From assembly GCA_021741905.1 (NCBI GenBank), contig JAIOWZ010000004.1:258-64257 (forward strand): a DNA stretch of 64,000 nt, written 5' to 3'. Of the stretch, positions 9,358 through 18,991 are shown piece after piece. Within the stretch, counting starts at the first letter, position 1; every line of letters begins with the position of its first letter. The position numbers and the translations under genes were made by a program. Origin of the DNA: Candidatus Planktophila sp. GTDB taxonomy: Bacteria > Actinomycetota > Actinomycetes > Nanopelagicales > Nanopelagicaceae. The notes under the pieces were generated by a model. It made no database searches and had not been told where the DNA came from. It saw only the letters and a list, made by a program, of their open reading frames with translations.

Positions 9358-9531
9358 TTAAGCGCTGCGAGCGTCGAATTGCAGAGGTGGGGTTAATCCG
9401 CTGTCGGCAAGAACGGAAAGCGCCGTCAGGGTTGCATCACTGATATCAGTTGAGGGTTTAAGGAAAAAGGCGACAACGCATGTATCGCATGCGATCGTGG
9501 CCATGGTGCATTTATTGCAATCGATGATCAT
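9358..9531 (-). CDS. 57-aa Cys-rich microprotein (CxxC-x6-CxxC)
   Basis: MIIDCNKCTMATIACDTCVV...LSVLADSGLTPPLQF. ATG 9531 lies 7 nt after a TACATT -10 element (leaderless), so the ORF-track start at 9555 is probably too long. Confidence 0.75.
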   Translation of the reverse strand: MIIDCNKCTMATIACDTCVVAFFLKPSTDISDATLTALSVLADSGLTPPLQFDARSA

Positions 9532-9538
9532 GAGATTC

Positions 9539-9560
9539 AATGTAAAGGATGCCACTGACA
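9539..9560 (-). promoter_or_regulatory. RecA-NDp/PafBC-type DNA-damage promoter
   Basis: Minus strand TGTCAGTG-GCATCCTT-TACATT, exact N8 spacing. Confidence 0.75.
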
Positions 9561-9603
9561 GATTCTTCTGAATTTTCAGGGATGGTGAGGGATACTTGGG
9601 GCC

Positions 9604-10095
9604 GTGAGCATCGTTGCAACTCTTGTCGTGGGCGCTGATGGCTCAACCTCAAAAGAGAGCCGGTCAGCTGGGGTTAGTTCAGCTGCCGATCGCAAAGTAT
9701 TTCTCCAACGCCGCCGTGAGGTTGATTGCATCATAATTGGTGGCAATACTGCTCGTCACGAACCATATAACCGAACTCCTGTGCCGTTAGTGGTTATTTC
9801 CCGTTCCCTTGTCAATCCGGTGCAGGGTAACCACCTCGCTTCACTATGGAACTGTTCTCCGGTTCAAGCTGTAGAAAAAGCACGAACACAATTTGGTCAA
9901 AATATTTTGATTGAAGGTGGGATAACAATGATCAAGGAACTTATGGATCACAATGTTATTGATCGAATCGAACTAAGTGTCACACCAGCATCAGGCGGAG
10001 AAGATCGAATTGATTGGAAAGCCCTGATCGCACAATTTCCTCATTGCCAATCCCAAGAAGTTGATGGAACTTACTTTTATTCAGCTCACAATTAA
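9604..10095 (+). CDS. RibD C-terminal / dihydrofolate reductase-like protein
   Basis: ADGS, IIIGGNTAR, ILIEGG, DRIELSVTP motifs. Confidence 0.8.
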   Translation: MSIVATLVVGADGSTSKESRSAGVSSAADRKVFLQRRREVDCIIIGGNTARHEPYNRTPVPLVVISRSLVNPVQGNHLASLWNCSPVQAVEKARTQFGQNILIEGGITMIKELMDHNVIDRIELSVTPASGGEDRIDWKALIAQFPHCQSQEVDGTYFYSAHN

Positions 10096-10931
10096 AGGGC
10101 TGAAATTATAGAAACACCAATTACAGCTAGTGCGATTCCTAAGTACTGAACTTTAAGTAGTCTTTCCTGCAAAAACTTGTAAGCCAACACAGCAGTCGCA
10201 ATTGGATACAAAGATCCAAATACCATCGCAACCGAGACAAGTCCTTTAGTGCATGCAATTCCAAGAAGTAAATTAGCCAAGAAGTCTGCGGCACCAATAA
10301 AAATCAGAATTGGCATGTTTTTCTTACCAAATTTTCCAGTTGTTCTGTATTTAATGGCCAAAGAAATAGTTACAAAGAATGTTGCACCACGCATGGCCAC
10401 CATTGTTAGTAATGCGCTACTTTGTGATCCAATTGCGATGAAGGTAAGTGCTAGACCAAAGCCAGCTGCTGCACCCAACGCAAGAAGTATTGGCTTTAAT
10501 GGAAGTCCTTGAGATAGTTCTGGACCGCTTGCGCAAAAAACCCCCACTAAGGCGATTGCCACTCCAATAAGAGTTATTGTTGAAAGTACATCACCGGTGA
10601 TGAGTGCATACGCCAATGGAATTACAGTGCTGAGAGAACTAATCGGGGAAACAACACCCATGTGACCAGTTGATAAACCTTCATATAAGCATGCCAACCC
10701 TATGTAGCCAAACAGACCAGCAAGTGCACCCGGAATCAAGAAGCCGTCGAAGCCAAGGACTTTTCCTTGCCAACTTCCGGATACAACAACAATTAAAATT
10801 CCAACTACCAAACCAAAGATTTGAGAAACACCCAAAACAGCAAATGGATGATGTTTCTTGCTAAGGCGTCCAGCGAAAAAATCAGCTGTTCCCCACATTG
10901 CACTTGAAAGTAACGCCAATAGCGAAGCCAT
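10092..10931 (-). CDS. EamA/DMT family transporter
   Basis: WGTADF, GVVSPIS, SLYP..T..LA...LQERL; about 10 TM segments. Confidence 0.9.
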   Translation of the reverse strand: MASLLALLSSAMWGTADFFAGRLSKKHHPFAVLGVSQIFGLVVGILIVVVSGSWQGKVLGFDGFLIPGALAGLFGYIGLACLYEGLSTGHMGVVSPISSLSTVIPLAYALITGDVLSTITLIGVAIALVGVFCASGPELSQGLPLKPILLALGAAAGFGLALTFIAIGSQSSALLTMVAMRGATFFVTISLAIKYRTTGKFGKKNMPILIFIGAADFLANLLLGIACTKGLVSVAMVFGSLYPIATAVLAYKFLQERLLKVQYLGIALAVIGVSIISAL

Positions 10932-10991
10932 TGCGCAAGGTTACAGCCCCGCCTCCCATAAAACGCTGCATTAATTCTTTATCCTAAGCAA

Positions 10992-11570
10992 GTGGATGCG
11001 AATGCTTTTGAGCGATTAGTAGATCAACTTCGCACATTTACTCCGCGGGCCGAGGTTTCACTGATCGAAGTCCCTGCCCCACAAAAATTGGCAACATTTT
11101 CATTTGCATTCTCTGCCGATGTTTCCAATGGACTCTTGGCAGATGAAGAGAATGAAATAGCAAATGGTCGCTTTGTGCTTCTCCACGAACCAGGTGGACA
11201 AGCCACATGGGATGGTGAATTCCGGTGTGTAACTTTTGTGAGCGCCGATCTTGACCCTGTTATGCAAGAAGATCCTTTGTTGCCTGAGGTTGGCTGGAGT
11301 TGGTTTTTAGAATCACTCGAAAGAAATCAATGTGTTTTCAATGCCCCCAGTGGAACTGTTACACGGGTATCTAGCGCATCATTCGGAAAGCTATCTCCTA
11401 GAAATGATGAGGCCGAAGTAGAAATACGGGCGTCGTGGACACCCATCATCACCGAGCCAATTGAACTGATCAAGCACATTGAAAGTTGGTGCAACTTAAT
11501 TTCAGAGGTCGCAGGATTACCACCCGTACCTGAAGGCGTCTCTGCCATTTCATCTGTGCGCCGTCAATAA
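10992..11570 (+). CDS. DUF3000 family protein
   Basis: PAPQKLA, GRFVLLHEP, DPLLPEVGWSW, EIRASWTP; adjacent to rnd as in other actinobacteria. Confidence 0.88.
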   Translation: MDANAFERLVDQLRTFTPRAEVSLIEVPAPQKLATFSFAFSADVSNGLLADEENEIANGRFVLLHEPGGQATWDGEFRCVTFVSADLDPVMQEDPLLPEVGWSWFLESLERNQCVFNAPSGTVTRVSSASFGKLSPRNDEAEVEIRASWTPIITEPIELIKHIESWCNLISEVAGLPPVPEGVSAISSVRRQ

Positions 11571-11572
11571 TT

Positions 11573-12874
11573 ATGAGTGAAGAGATCCTCGTTGTGCCCC
11601 TACTGCAGCCTGCCGAAGGCACGCCGCCAGTAATCGACACAGAATCCAAATTCAAGGGTGCGCTCACGCAATTGGCACAAGGTCATGGACCATTTGCAGT
11701 TGATGCAGAGCGGGCCTCGGGATTTAGATATAGCGCACGTGCTTATTTGATCCAGATCAAAAGAAACAACGGCGGTCTCCATTTGATCGATCCAATTCCT
11801 TTTGGCCCTGGTCACAATCTATTTAACGAATTGAATGCTTTGCTAAATACCGACGAAGTAATCTTGCATGCAAGCACTCAAGATCTACCCTGCCTGCGCG
11901 AATTAGGCATCAATCCAATTCATCTTTTTGACACGGAATTAGCGGGCAGAATCGCTGGTTTGCCACGAGTTGGATTAGGTCCGCTATTAGAAACACTCAT
12001 GGGAGTTTCCTTAGCAAAGGAACATAGCGCCGCTGATTGGTCTGCTCGTCCATTGCCACAAGAATGGCTCACCTACGCTGCACTAGATGTTGAATTGTTA
12101 GTAGAACTTCGTGACAAAATTTTTGTGTTATTAGAGAAATCAAATAAATTGCCATGGGCTCTTGAAGAGTTTGCCTCCATTCTCAAAGCACCACCTGCTC
12201 CCCCGCGCGTTGATCCCTGGAGACGCACATCAGGGATGCACAAAATTAAGCGTCGTGATCAGCTTGCGATCATCAAGGAGTTATGGATTGCACGTGATCG
12301 TGTTGCCTCTGAACAGGATATTGCTCCTGGAAAATTGTTAAATGACGGTGCGATCGTAGAACTTGCGATAGCCGCATCTGTTACTAAGAAAGAGTTCGAA
12401 AAAGCGTTGCGCCCTTTGGGCCTTCGTGCACGATGGTTGGAAAATTTACCACTGTGGCTCAGCAGCATTTCCGCCGCTGTTGCCTTACCTGAAGATCAGT
12501 GGCCAGCGATGCGAACAAATGCCGATACATTGCCGCCGATAAAATTGTGGCGCGATAAGTTTCCAGAAAAATATGCACCACTTTCGCATGCGCGTGCTGC
12601 CATTGAACTCATAGCGCAAGAAAATGAGATTCCAGTTGAAAATCTCATTACACCTGAACATGTGCGAAGAGTCTGTTGGAAACCTCCAGCTGGCGCGACA
12701 GAGACTCTTTCTATTCCGGCAGTTGAGCAGGCATTAAGCCAATTAGGTGCTCGACAGTGGCAAATTAATCTTGTGGGTCCAGCGCTGGCCTCGGCCTTGC
12801 TTGAAAGAGAACCTTTGCCTGTTCCAGAGGTCGCCGTCGCAGAAGTGACGGAAACCACGCCTGAGGAGGGCTGA
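11573..12874 (+). CDS. rnd: Ribonuclease D (3'-5' exonuclease + HRDC)
   Basis: AVDAERASG, HASTQDL, FDTELA, DWSARPL, YAALDV. Confidence 0.92.
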   Translation: MSEEILVVPLLQPAEGTPPVIDTESKFKGALTQLAQGHGPFAVDAERASGFRYSARAYLIQIKRNNGGLHLIDPIPFGPGHNLFNELNALLNTDEVILHASTQDLPCLRELGINPIHLFDTELAGRIAGLPRVGLGPLLETLMGVSLAKEHSAADWSARPLPQEWLTYAALDVELLVELRDKIFVLLEKSNKLPWALEEFASILKAPPAPPRVDPWRRTSGMHKIKRRDQLAIIKELWIARDRVASEQDIAPGKLLNDGAIVELAIAASVTKKEFEKALRPLGLRARWLENLPLWLSSISAAVALPEDQWPAMRTNADTLPPIKLWRDKFPEKYAPLSHARAAIELIAQENEIPVENLITPEHVRRVCWKPPAGATETLSIPAVEQALSQLGARQWQINLVGPALASALLEREPLPVPEVAVAEVTETTPEEG

Positions 12875-12927
12875 TTTACGCAACATAATAGTTGCGTAAT
12901 TACCCTTTTTGCCTTAGATTTTGGCTC

Positions 12928-13746
12928 ATGCTCAGTACATTCATTATCGCCCTCAGAGAAGGCCTAGAAGCCTGCCTCATTGTTGGAATCCTGGTCGCTT
13001 ATATCGTCAAGACAAATCGCCAGGGTTACTTAAAGCCTTTGTGGACCGGTGTAATCACCGCAGTCATCGCGAGTATTGGCCTTGGCGCTTTTCTAACCTT
13101 CACTTCAGTATCACTGAGCGAGCGCGGACAAGAGCTTTTTGCAGGAGTCACTTCATTCATCGCTGTTGCTCTAGTTACCTGGATGGTTTTCTGGATGAAG
13201 AGAACTGCCAGAACTCTACGCAATGAATTGCAAGGAAAGTTAGATACTGCAGTAGCAACAGGGCCTCTTGCCCTTGCTGGAGTAGCGTTTATCGCTGTTA
13301 TTCGCGAAGGTCTTGAAACATCATTATTTGTTTACACAAACTTCCAAACAGTTGCAGATGTAACTAGTTCCACAGTTGGTTTGATTCTAGGATTTGCTGT
13401 CTCAATCACTCTTGGATATTTGATCTATAAGAGCGCAATTAGATTAAATCTTGCAAAGTTCTTTACCTACTCAGGTGTGGCTTTGATTATTGTTGCCGCT
13501 GGAGTTTTGTCCTACGGAATCCACGAGTTCCAAGAGCTTGGCTATCTGCCTGGGCCTGATGCTTTTGCCTGGGATGTCACCTCTTTCATCGCTAAGGATT
13601 CAATCCTGGGGGCTTCCCTTTCTGGAACCATCGGCTTTGATACAACCACCTCATGGCTCCAATTGGGTGTCTATGTGCTGTATTTAGGCTCTGTTCTGGT
13701 CCCATACCTATCTAAGCCACGCACAAAGGCAGCAGTTAACGCTTAA
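12928..13746 (+). CDS. efeU: FTR1/EfeU-type iron permease
   Basis: Two REGLE motifs (LREGLEA, IREGLET) and several TM segments; ATG 12928 follows a TAGATT -10 element. Confidence 0.88.
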   Translation: MLSTFIIALREGLEACLIVGILVAYIVKTNRQGYLKPLWTGVITAVIASIGLGAFLTFTSVSLSERGQELFAGVTSFIAVALVTWMVFWMKRTARTLRNELQGKLDTAVATGPLALAGVAFIAVIREGLETSLFVYTNFQTVADVTSSTVGLILGFAVSITLGYLIYKSAIRLNLAKFFTYSGVALIIVAAGVLSYGIHEFQELGYLPGPDAFAWDVTSFIAKDSILGASLSGTIGFDTTTSWLQLGVYVLYLGSVLVPYLSKPRTKAAVNA

Positions 13747-13813
13747 TTCGCTACTGTCCTAAACCCTTACTGGCGAGTAACCTTTGGCCTACGCCCTAGG
13801 TAAAGGAAGTTCC

Positions 13814-15001
13814 ATGTCCCGCACAGTTGTCCTTGTTGATGCCGTCCGCACCCCTTTTGGAAAGGCTGGCGGAATGTATGCCGGTACTCGTGCAGATGAT
13901 CTGATGGTTCGCGCAATTCGTGGATTACTAGAGCGAAACCCAAAGGTTGATCCCGCATCAATTGAAGATGTTGCAATCGCTGCTGCCACACAGACTGGTG
14001 ATCAGGGAATGAACATCGGTCGAAGCGCAGCATTGCTGTCAGGATTACCAAACACTGTTCCTGGATATTCAATCGACCGTTGGTGCGCAGGTGCGTTAAC
14101 CGCTGTAACCACGATTGCCGGTGCAATTGCAATGGGAACAAATGAAATTGCAATTGCTGGCGGTGTTGAACACATGGGAAACCATCCAATGGGAGAACTC
14201 ATGGATCCAAATCCACGGTACTTAGCCGAACGAATTGTTGAACAAGATGCACTTGCCATGGGCGCAACTGCAGAAAGATTGCATGATCGTTTTCCACAAT
14301 TAACAAAGGAACGTGCCGATCGCTATGCAATGAACTCGCAGGTGAAAACGGCACAAGCATATGCAGAAGGAAAAATTCAACGAGATTTAATTCCAACAGC
14401 TGCGCGCAGTGCAGAACTTGGTTGGACAGTTGCAACTGTTGATGAAGCCCCGCGCCCACAAACGAGTATGGAAGGTCTTGCAGGATTGAAAACCCCGTTT
14501 CGTCCTGCGGGTCGAGTAACACCAGGAAATTCATCTGGTTTAAATGATGGTGCAACAGCAGCGCTGCTTGCTAGTGAAGAAAAAGCGCTAGAACTTGGTT
14601 TAACAATTAAAGCCAAGATGGTCACTTATGCCTTTGCCGGTGTTGAGCCAGAGATCATGGGTTATGGTCCTGTTCCATCAACACTCAAAGCGCTTAAGCA
14701 AGCAGGATTAAAGATTGAAGATATTGGTGCATTTGAAGTCAATGAGGCATTTGCTGTGCAAGTGATCGCCTTTTTAGATCACTTTGGAATCGCAGATGAT
14801 GATCCTCGCGTAAATCCATATGGTGGAGCAATCGCCGTTGGTCACCCATTGGCATCCTCAGGTGTTCGCTTGATGCTTAATTTAGCTCGCACCTTTGAAG
14901 CACAACCAGAGGTTCGTTATGGCATCACAACAATGTGTATTGGACTCGGAATGGGTGGCACTGTCATCTGGGAAAACCCAAACTTTAAGGGAGCAAAGTA
15001 A
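13814..15001 (+). CDS. fadA: Acetyl-CoA acyltransferase (thiolase)
   Basis: VRTPFGK, DRWCAG, NEAFA, GHPLASSG, MCIGLGMG; RBS AAAGGA before ATG 13814. Confidence 0.93.
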   Translation: MSRTVVLVDAVRTPFGKAGGMYAGTRADDLMVRAIRGLLERNPKVDPASIEDVAIAAATQTGDQGMNIGRSAALLSGLPNTVPGYSIDRWCAGALTAVTTIAGAIAMGTNEIAIAGGVEHMGNHPMGELMDPNPRYLAERIVEQDALAMGATAERLHDRFPQLTKERADRYAMNSQVKTAQAYAEGKIQRDLIPTAARSAELGWTVATVDEAPRPQTSMEGLAGLKTPFRPAGRVTPGNSSGLNDGATAALLASEEKALELGLTIKAKMVTYAFAGVEPEIMGYGPVPSTLKALKQAGLKIEDIGAFEVNEAFAVQVIAFLDHFGIADDDPRVNPYGGAIAVGHPLASSGVRLMLNLARTFEAQPEVRYGITTMCIGLGMGGTVIWENPNFKGAK

Positions 15002-15003
15002 TT

Positions 15004-17112
15004 ATGAGCGCAGAGATCACACTTCCAGCGGGAGCACCTGAAGAAGTTGTTACCAATGCACTCGTCCGCGATATCGACCTAGCTGCCTTTGGTGGCAAAG
15101 GAACAATGGCGCTCATTACCCTAGACAACGGCCATGATCACAACCGCCCGAATACTTTTGGACCACAATCTGTAAATGCATTAAATGATGCAATCACAGA
15201 TGCAATCGGTCGCAACCCTGCTGCTATTGCCATTACCGGCAAGCCCTTTATCTTTGCCGCAGGTGCTGACCTATCAGCACTTTCGTTTTTAAATGATCGT
15301 AGCCAAGCACTAGCAATTGGAAAACTGGGTCATGATGTTTTCCGCCGCTTAGGTGAATCAAAGATCCCTACCTTCGCATTTATTAACGGATTGGCTTTGG
15401 GTGGTGGATTAGAAGTTGGCTTACATTGCCATTACCGCACCGTTGCTTCCACCGCTTTTACCGCACTACCTGAGGTGTTTTTAGGACTAGTACCTGGTTG
15501 GGGTGGCGCAACAATCTTGCCTAAGTTAATCGGGCCAGAGCGCGCTGTTCAGGTCATCATGCTCAACGCTCTTAATAACAACACCATGATGAAGGCTAAG
15601 GAAGCATTAAAACTTGGTGTAGTCGATGCCATGTTTGATCCAGCAGATTTCCTAGAACGTTCAATTGGATTTGCAGTGGGCGTCCTCAATGGCACAACCA
15701 AGATTGATCGTGCTGATTACAGCAATGATCCAGCCTGGGAAACAGCACTTGCAACGGGCAAGGCTGCTGCTTTAAAGAAGTATGGCGGCGCAACTATTGC
15801 ATCTCCCATGAAAGCGCTAGAACTAATCGCTGCTTCTAGAAACAACACCTTGGGCCAAGGCTTTGACGCTGAAGATCAGGTGTTAGCTGATCTAACGATG
15901 TCAGACACCTTGCGATCCTCTCTGTATGCATTCAATGTGATTCAAAAGAAGCGCAAGAAGGTCGAAGGTGCGCCAAAGCCAGCATTGGCACGTAAGGTGA
16001 CAAAAGTTGGTGTTGTTGGAGCAGGCTTGATGGCCTCACAGTTAGCGCTGCTTATGGTTCGTAATCTTAAGTGCCCAGTTGTCATGACAGATATTGATCA
16101 AGAACGCGCTGATAAAGGTGTCGCCTGGGTTAAAAATGAGTTGGCTAAGTTGGTAGAAAAGAAGCGTATGAGCGCTGAATCTGCTGGTCGTCTCTCCCTT
16201 CTCATTTCAGGTTCAGCAGATCAATCAGTATTTGCTGGTTGTGACTTCATTATTGAGGCAATCTTTGAAGAGCTATCTTTAAAGCAAGAACTTTTCAAAA
16301 AGCTAGAGACAATCGTTTCACCTGAATGTGTATTGGCAACTAATACTTCTTCCCTATCGGTTGAACGAATGACTGAAGGATTGAAAAATCCAGAGCGTGT
16401 AGTTGGATTCCACTTCTTTAACCCAGTTGCTGTGATGCCTTTGCTAGAAGTTGCTCGCACATCAACCACAGATGATGCAACTACTGCAACTGCAATTGCA
16501 GTTGGCAAAGAACTGAAGAAGACCATGATCATTTGTAAGGATGCACCAGGATTTGTGGTGAACCGCCTGTTAACTCGCTTTATGGGCGAGGTAACAGATG
16601 CTGTTGATGAAGGAACCGCCCCTGCTGTTGCAGATTCAGCGATGATGGAGATCGGTTTCCCAATGTCCCCATTCCAGCTATTGGATCTTGTCGGACCTGG
16701 AGTTGCCTTGCATGTCTCTGAAACACTCCATAACAACCTTGGTCCTCGTTATCGAATCTCTCCTACTATGCAACGCATGGTTAAAGAGGGTGTTCGCTAC
16801 TTCTATACTAAAAATGAGGATGGCACAGTTGCTGCAAACCCTGCTGCGCTAGCTCTAGTTGAACAGGGAAGCACGCCATCTACTCCAGAACAAGTTCGCT
16901 CACGTGCACTCAAAGCACTTGCCGAAGAGGCGCGAGCCATGCTTGATGAAGGCGTTGTCTCTACTCCTGCAGAGATTGACCTGTGCATGCTCATGGGAGC
17001 TGGCTGGCCAATGCATCTTGGTGGAATATTGCCGTATCTAGATCGTGAAGGAATTAGCGAATCAGTCACAGGCAAGCGCTTCCATGAAAAGGGCGTTGCC
17101 TCACTTCCTTAA
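15004..17112 (+). CDS. fadB: Multifunctional enoyl-CoA hydratase / 3-hydroxyacyl-CoA dehydrogenase
   Basis: FAAGADL and ALGGGLE crotonase motifs; VVGAGLMA, ATNTSSL, HFFNP dehydrogenase motifs. Confidence 0.92.
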   Translation: MSAEITLPAGAPEEVVTNALVRDIDLAAFGGKGTMALITLDNGHDHNRPNTFGPQSVNALNDAITDAIGRNPAAIAITGKPFIFAAGADLSALSFLNDRSQALAIGKLGHDVFRRLGESKIPTFAFINGLALGGGLEVGLHCHYRTVASTAFTALPEVFLGLVPGWGGATILPKLIGPERAVQVIMLNALNNNTMMKAKEALKLGVVDAMFDPADFLERSIGFAVGVLNGTTKIDRADYSNDPAWETALATGKAAALKKYGGATIASPMKALELIAASRNNTLGQGFDAEDQVLADLTMSDTLRSSLYAFNVIQKKRKKVEGAPKPALARKVTKVGVVGAGLMASQLALLMVRNLKCPVVMTDIDQERADKGVAWVKNELAKLVEKKRMSAESAGRLSLLISGSADQSVFAGCDFIIEAIFEELSLKQELFKKLETIVSPECVLATNTSSLSVERMTEGLKNPERVVGFHFFNPVAVMPLLEVARTSTTDDATTATAIAVGKELKKTMIICKDAPGFVVNRLLTRFMGEVTDAVDEGTAPAVADSAMMEIGFPMSPFQLLDLVGPGVALHVSETLHNNLGPRYRISPTMQRMVKEGVRYFYTKNEDGTVAANPAALALVEQGSTPSTPEQVRSRALKALAEEARAMLDEGVVSTPAEIDLCMLMGAGWPMHLGGILPYLDREGISESVTGKRFHEKGVASLP

Positions 17113-17114
17113 GT

Positions 17115-18974
17115 TCAGGAAATCCAGCCAGATATCTGCTGCACAATTACCGCCGGAGTTATCTCTAGATCTTCTAGAATTTCAGCCCGCTTTGAATGTT
17201 CAATGAATTCAAGTGGCACACCTACTGAATGCAGAGAGCAATTATTGCCTGCGTTTCGCAGCGCTTCAGAAATCGTGCTTGCAATACCTGCGTGCTTGAT
17301 TCCATCTTCCATGACGACCACCGTGGAGTAATTGGCACACAGTGCAATAACAGCTGGCGATATTGGTTTAACCCACAACGGATCAACCACTGTGATCTCA
17401 ATTGATTGCGCCTTAGCTAATTGTGCAACTTCTATAGCCATCCCGGCCATCGCCCCAACGCTGATAACTAGTACTTGCGGTGCCAAACCACGATGAAGGA
17501 TGTCAATCCCATCAACTCGTTCAACCGCTGAAATATCTGCTGGGACTGCACCCTTTGGAAATCTCACCATCGATGGAGCGTTTTCAATAGCTACACACTC
17601 GCGCAGAATTTCCTTTAACCGAGCTCCATCTCGTGGCGCACCGACATGCATGTTAGGAACTATTCCGGTAAGTGCGAGATCCCAAATTCCATGATGCGAA
17701 GGACCATCATCGCCAGTAATTCCTGCACGGTCCAAAACAAAGGTAACTCCGGCCTTATGCAGGGCAACATCGAGCAATAGTTGATCGAAAGCTCGATTTA
17801 AAAAAGTCGAATAAATTGCAATGACCGGGTGCATCCCCGCGTAGGCTAAACCGGCAGCGCTAGTAACTGCATGTTGTTCTGCGATTCCAACATCAATTGT
17901 TCTTTCTGGGAAACTCTGTGCAAACTTGTCCAACCCTGTTGGCCCAAGCATTGCAGCAGTTATTGCTACTACCTTTGAATTCTCGCGACCGATCGCAGTA
18001 ATCTCATCAGAAAAAGTGTTAGTCCATGAAGGCGCTGATGCCTTGAGCGGTTTACCCGTTAGTGGATCCACAATTCCAACTGCGTGGAATTTTTCAGCCA
18101 TGTCTTCTATGGCTGGCGTATAGCCCCGACCTTTTTCTGTTATCGCATGCACAATCACAGGTGAGCCAAACTCCTTGGCCATCTGTAATGTCTTTTCCAT
18201 CGCCAAGATGTCATGGCCATCAATAGGCCCTAAATACTTAAAGCCCAGATCTTCAAACATTCCTTGCGGGGCAACCATGTCTTTGATGCCCTTTTTCATT
18301 CCATGCAGAGTTCCATAAATGTATTTGCCAACGACAGGGGTGTTATGAAGCATGCGCTTTCCGCGTCCCAGGATGCGTTCATACTCTTTGCTAGCTCTAA
18401 GGGTCGTTAAATAGGTCGCTAACCCTCCGATTGTCGGTGAATAAGACCTTTCATTGTCATTAACGACAATAACTAAATTTCGATCTGATTCAGGAGATAG
18501 ATTGTTAAGTGCTTCCCAAGACATTCCGCCAGTTAAAGCTCCGTCTCCAACTACGGCCACCACATGACGATCTGCCTGACCTGAGAGTGAAAATCCTCGA
18601 GAAATTCCATCGGCCCAAGAAAGCGCGGTTGATGCATGAGAATTCTCAATCACATCATGAGCACTCTCGCGACGATTGGGGTAACCAGAGATTCCATTGC
18701 GTTGGCGCAGCAAATCAAATTGCTCTGCTCGTCCTGTGAGAATCTTATGAACATAGGATTGATGACCAGTGTCAAAGAGAACTACATCTTTGGGTGAATC
18801 AAAAACTCTGTGCACAGCAATGCTGAGTTCTACAACTCCAAGATTTGGCCCCAGATGTCCACCTGTTTTTGAGACCTTATCAATTAAAAACTCACGAATT
18901 TCAGCAGCGAGTGACTTTAATTGAGCAGGGCTCAATTGGCGAAGGTCCGCTAATGAGAAATTATTCAGCTCCAT
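17115..18974 (-). CDS. dxs: 1-deoxy-D-xylulose-5-phosphate synthase
   Basis: GGHLGPNLGVVEL, DTGHQSYVHK, GDGALTGG, DRAG. Confidence 0.97.
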   Translation of the reverse strand: MELNNFSLADLRQLSPAQLKSLAAEIREFLIDKVSKTGGHLGPNLGVVELSIAVHRVFDSPKDVVLFDTGHQSYVHKILTGRAEQFDLLRQRNGISGYPNRRESAHDVIENSHASTALSWADGISRGFSLSGQADRHVVAVVGDGALTGGMSWEALNNLSPESDRNLVIVVNDNERSYSPTIGGLATYLTTLRASKEYERILGRGKRMLHNTPVVGKYIYGTLHGMKKGIKDMVAPQGMFEDLGFKYLGPIDGHDILAMEKTLQMAKEFGSPVIVHAITEKGRGYTPAIEDMAEKFHAVGIVDPLTGKPLKASAPSWTNTFSDEITAIGRENSKVVAITAAMLGPTGLDKFAQSFPERTIDVGIAEQHAVTSAAGLAYAGMHPVIAIYSTFLNRAFDQLLLDVALHKAGVTFVLDRAGITGDDGPSHHGIWDLALTGIVPNMHVGAPRDGARLKEILRECVAIENAPSMVRFPKGAVPADISAVERVDGIDILHRGLAPQVLVISVGAMAGMAIEVAQLAKAQSIEITVVDPLWVKPISPAVIALCANYSTVVVMEDGIKHAGIASTISEALRNAGNNCSLHSVGVPLEFIEHSKRAEILEDLEITPAVIVQQISGWIS

Positions 18975-18991
18975 GAGGAATGAGTGAGAGA

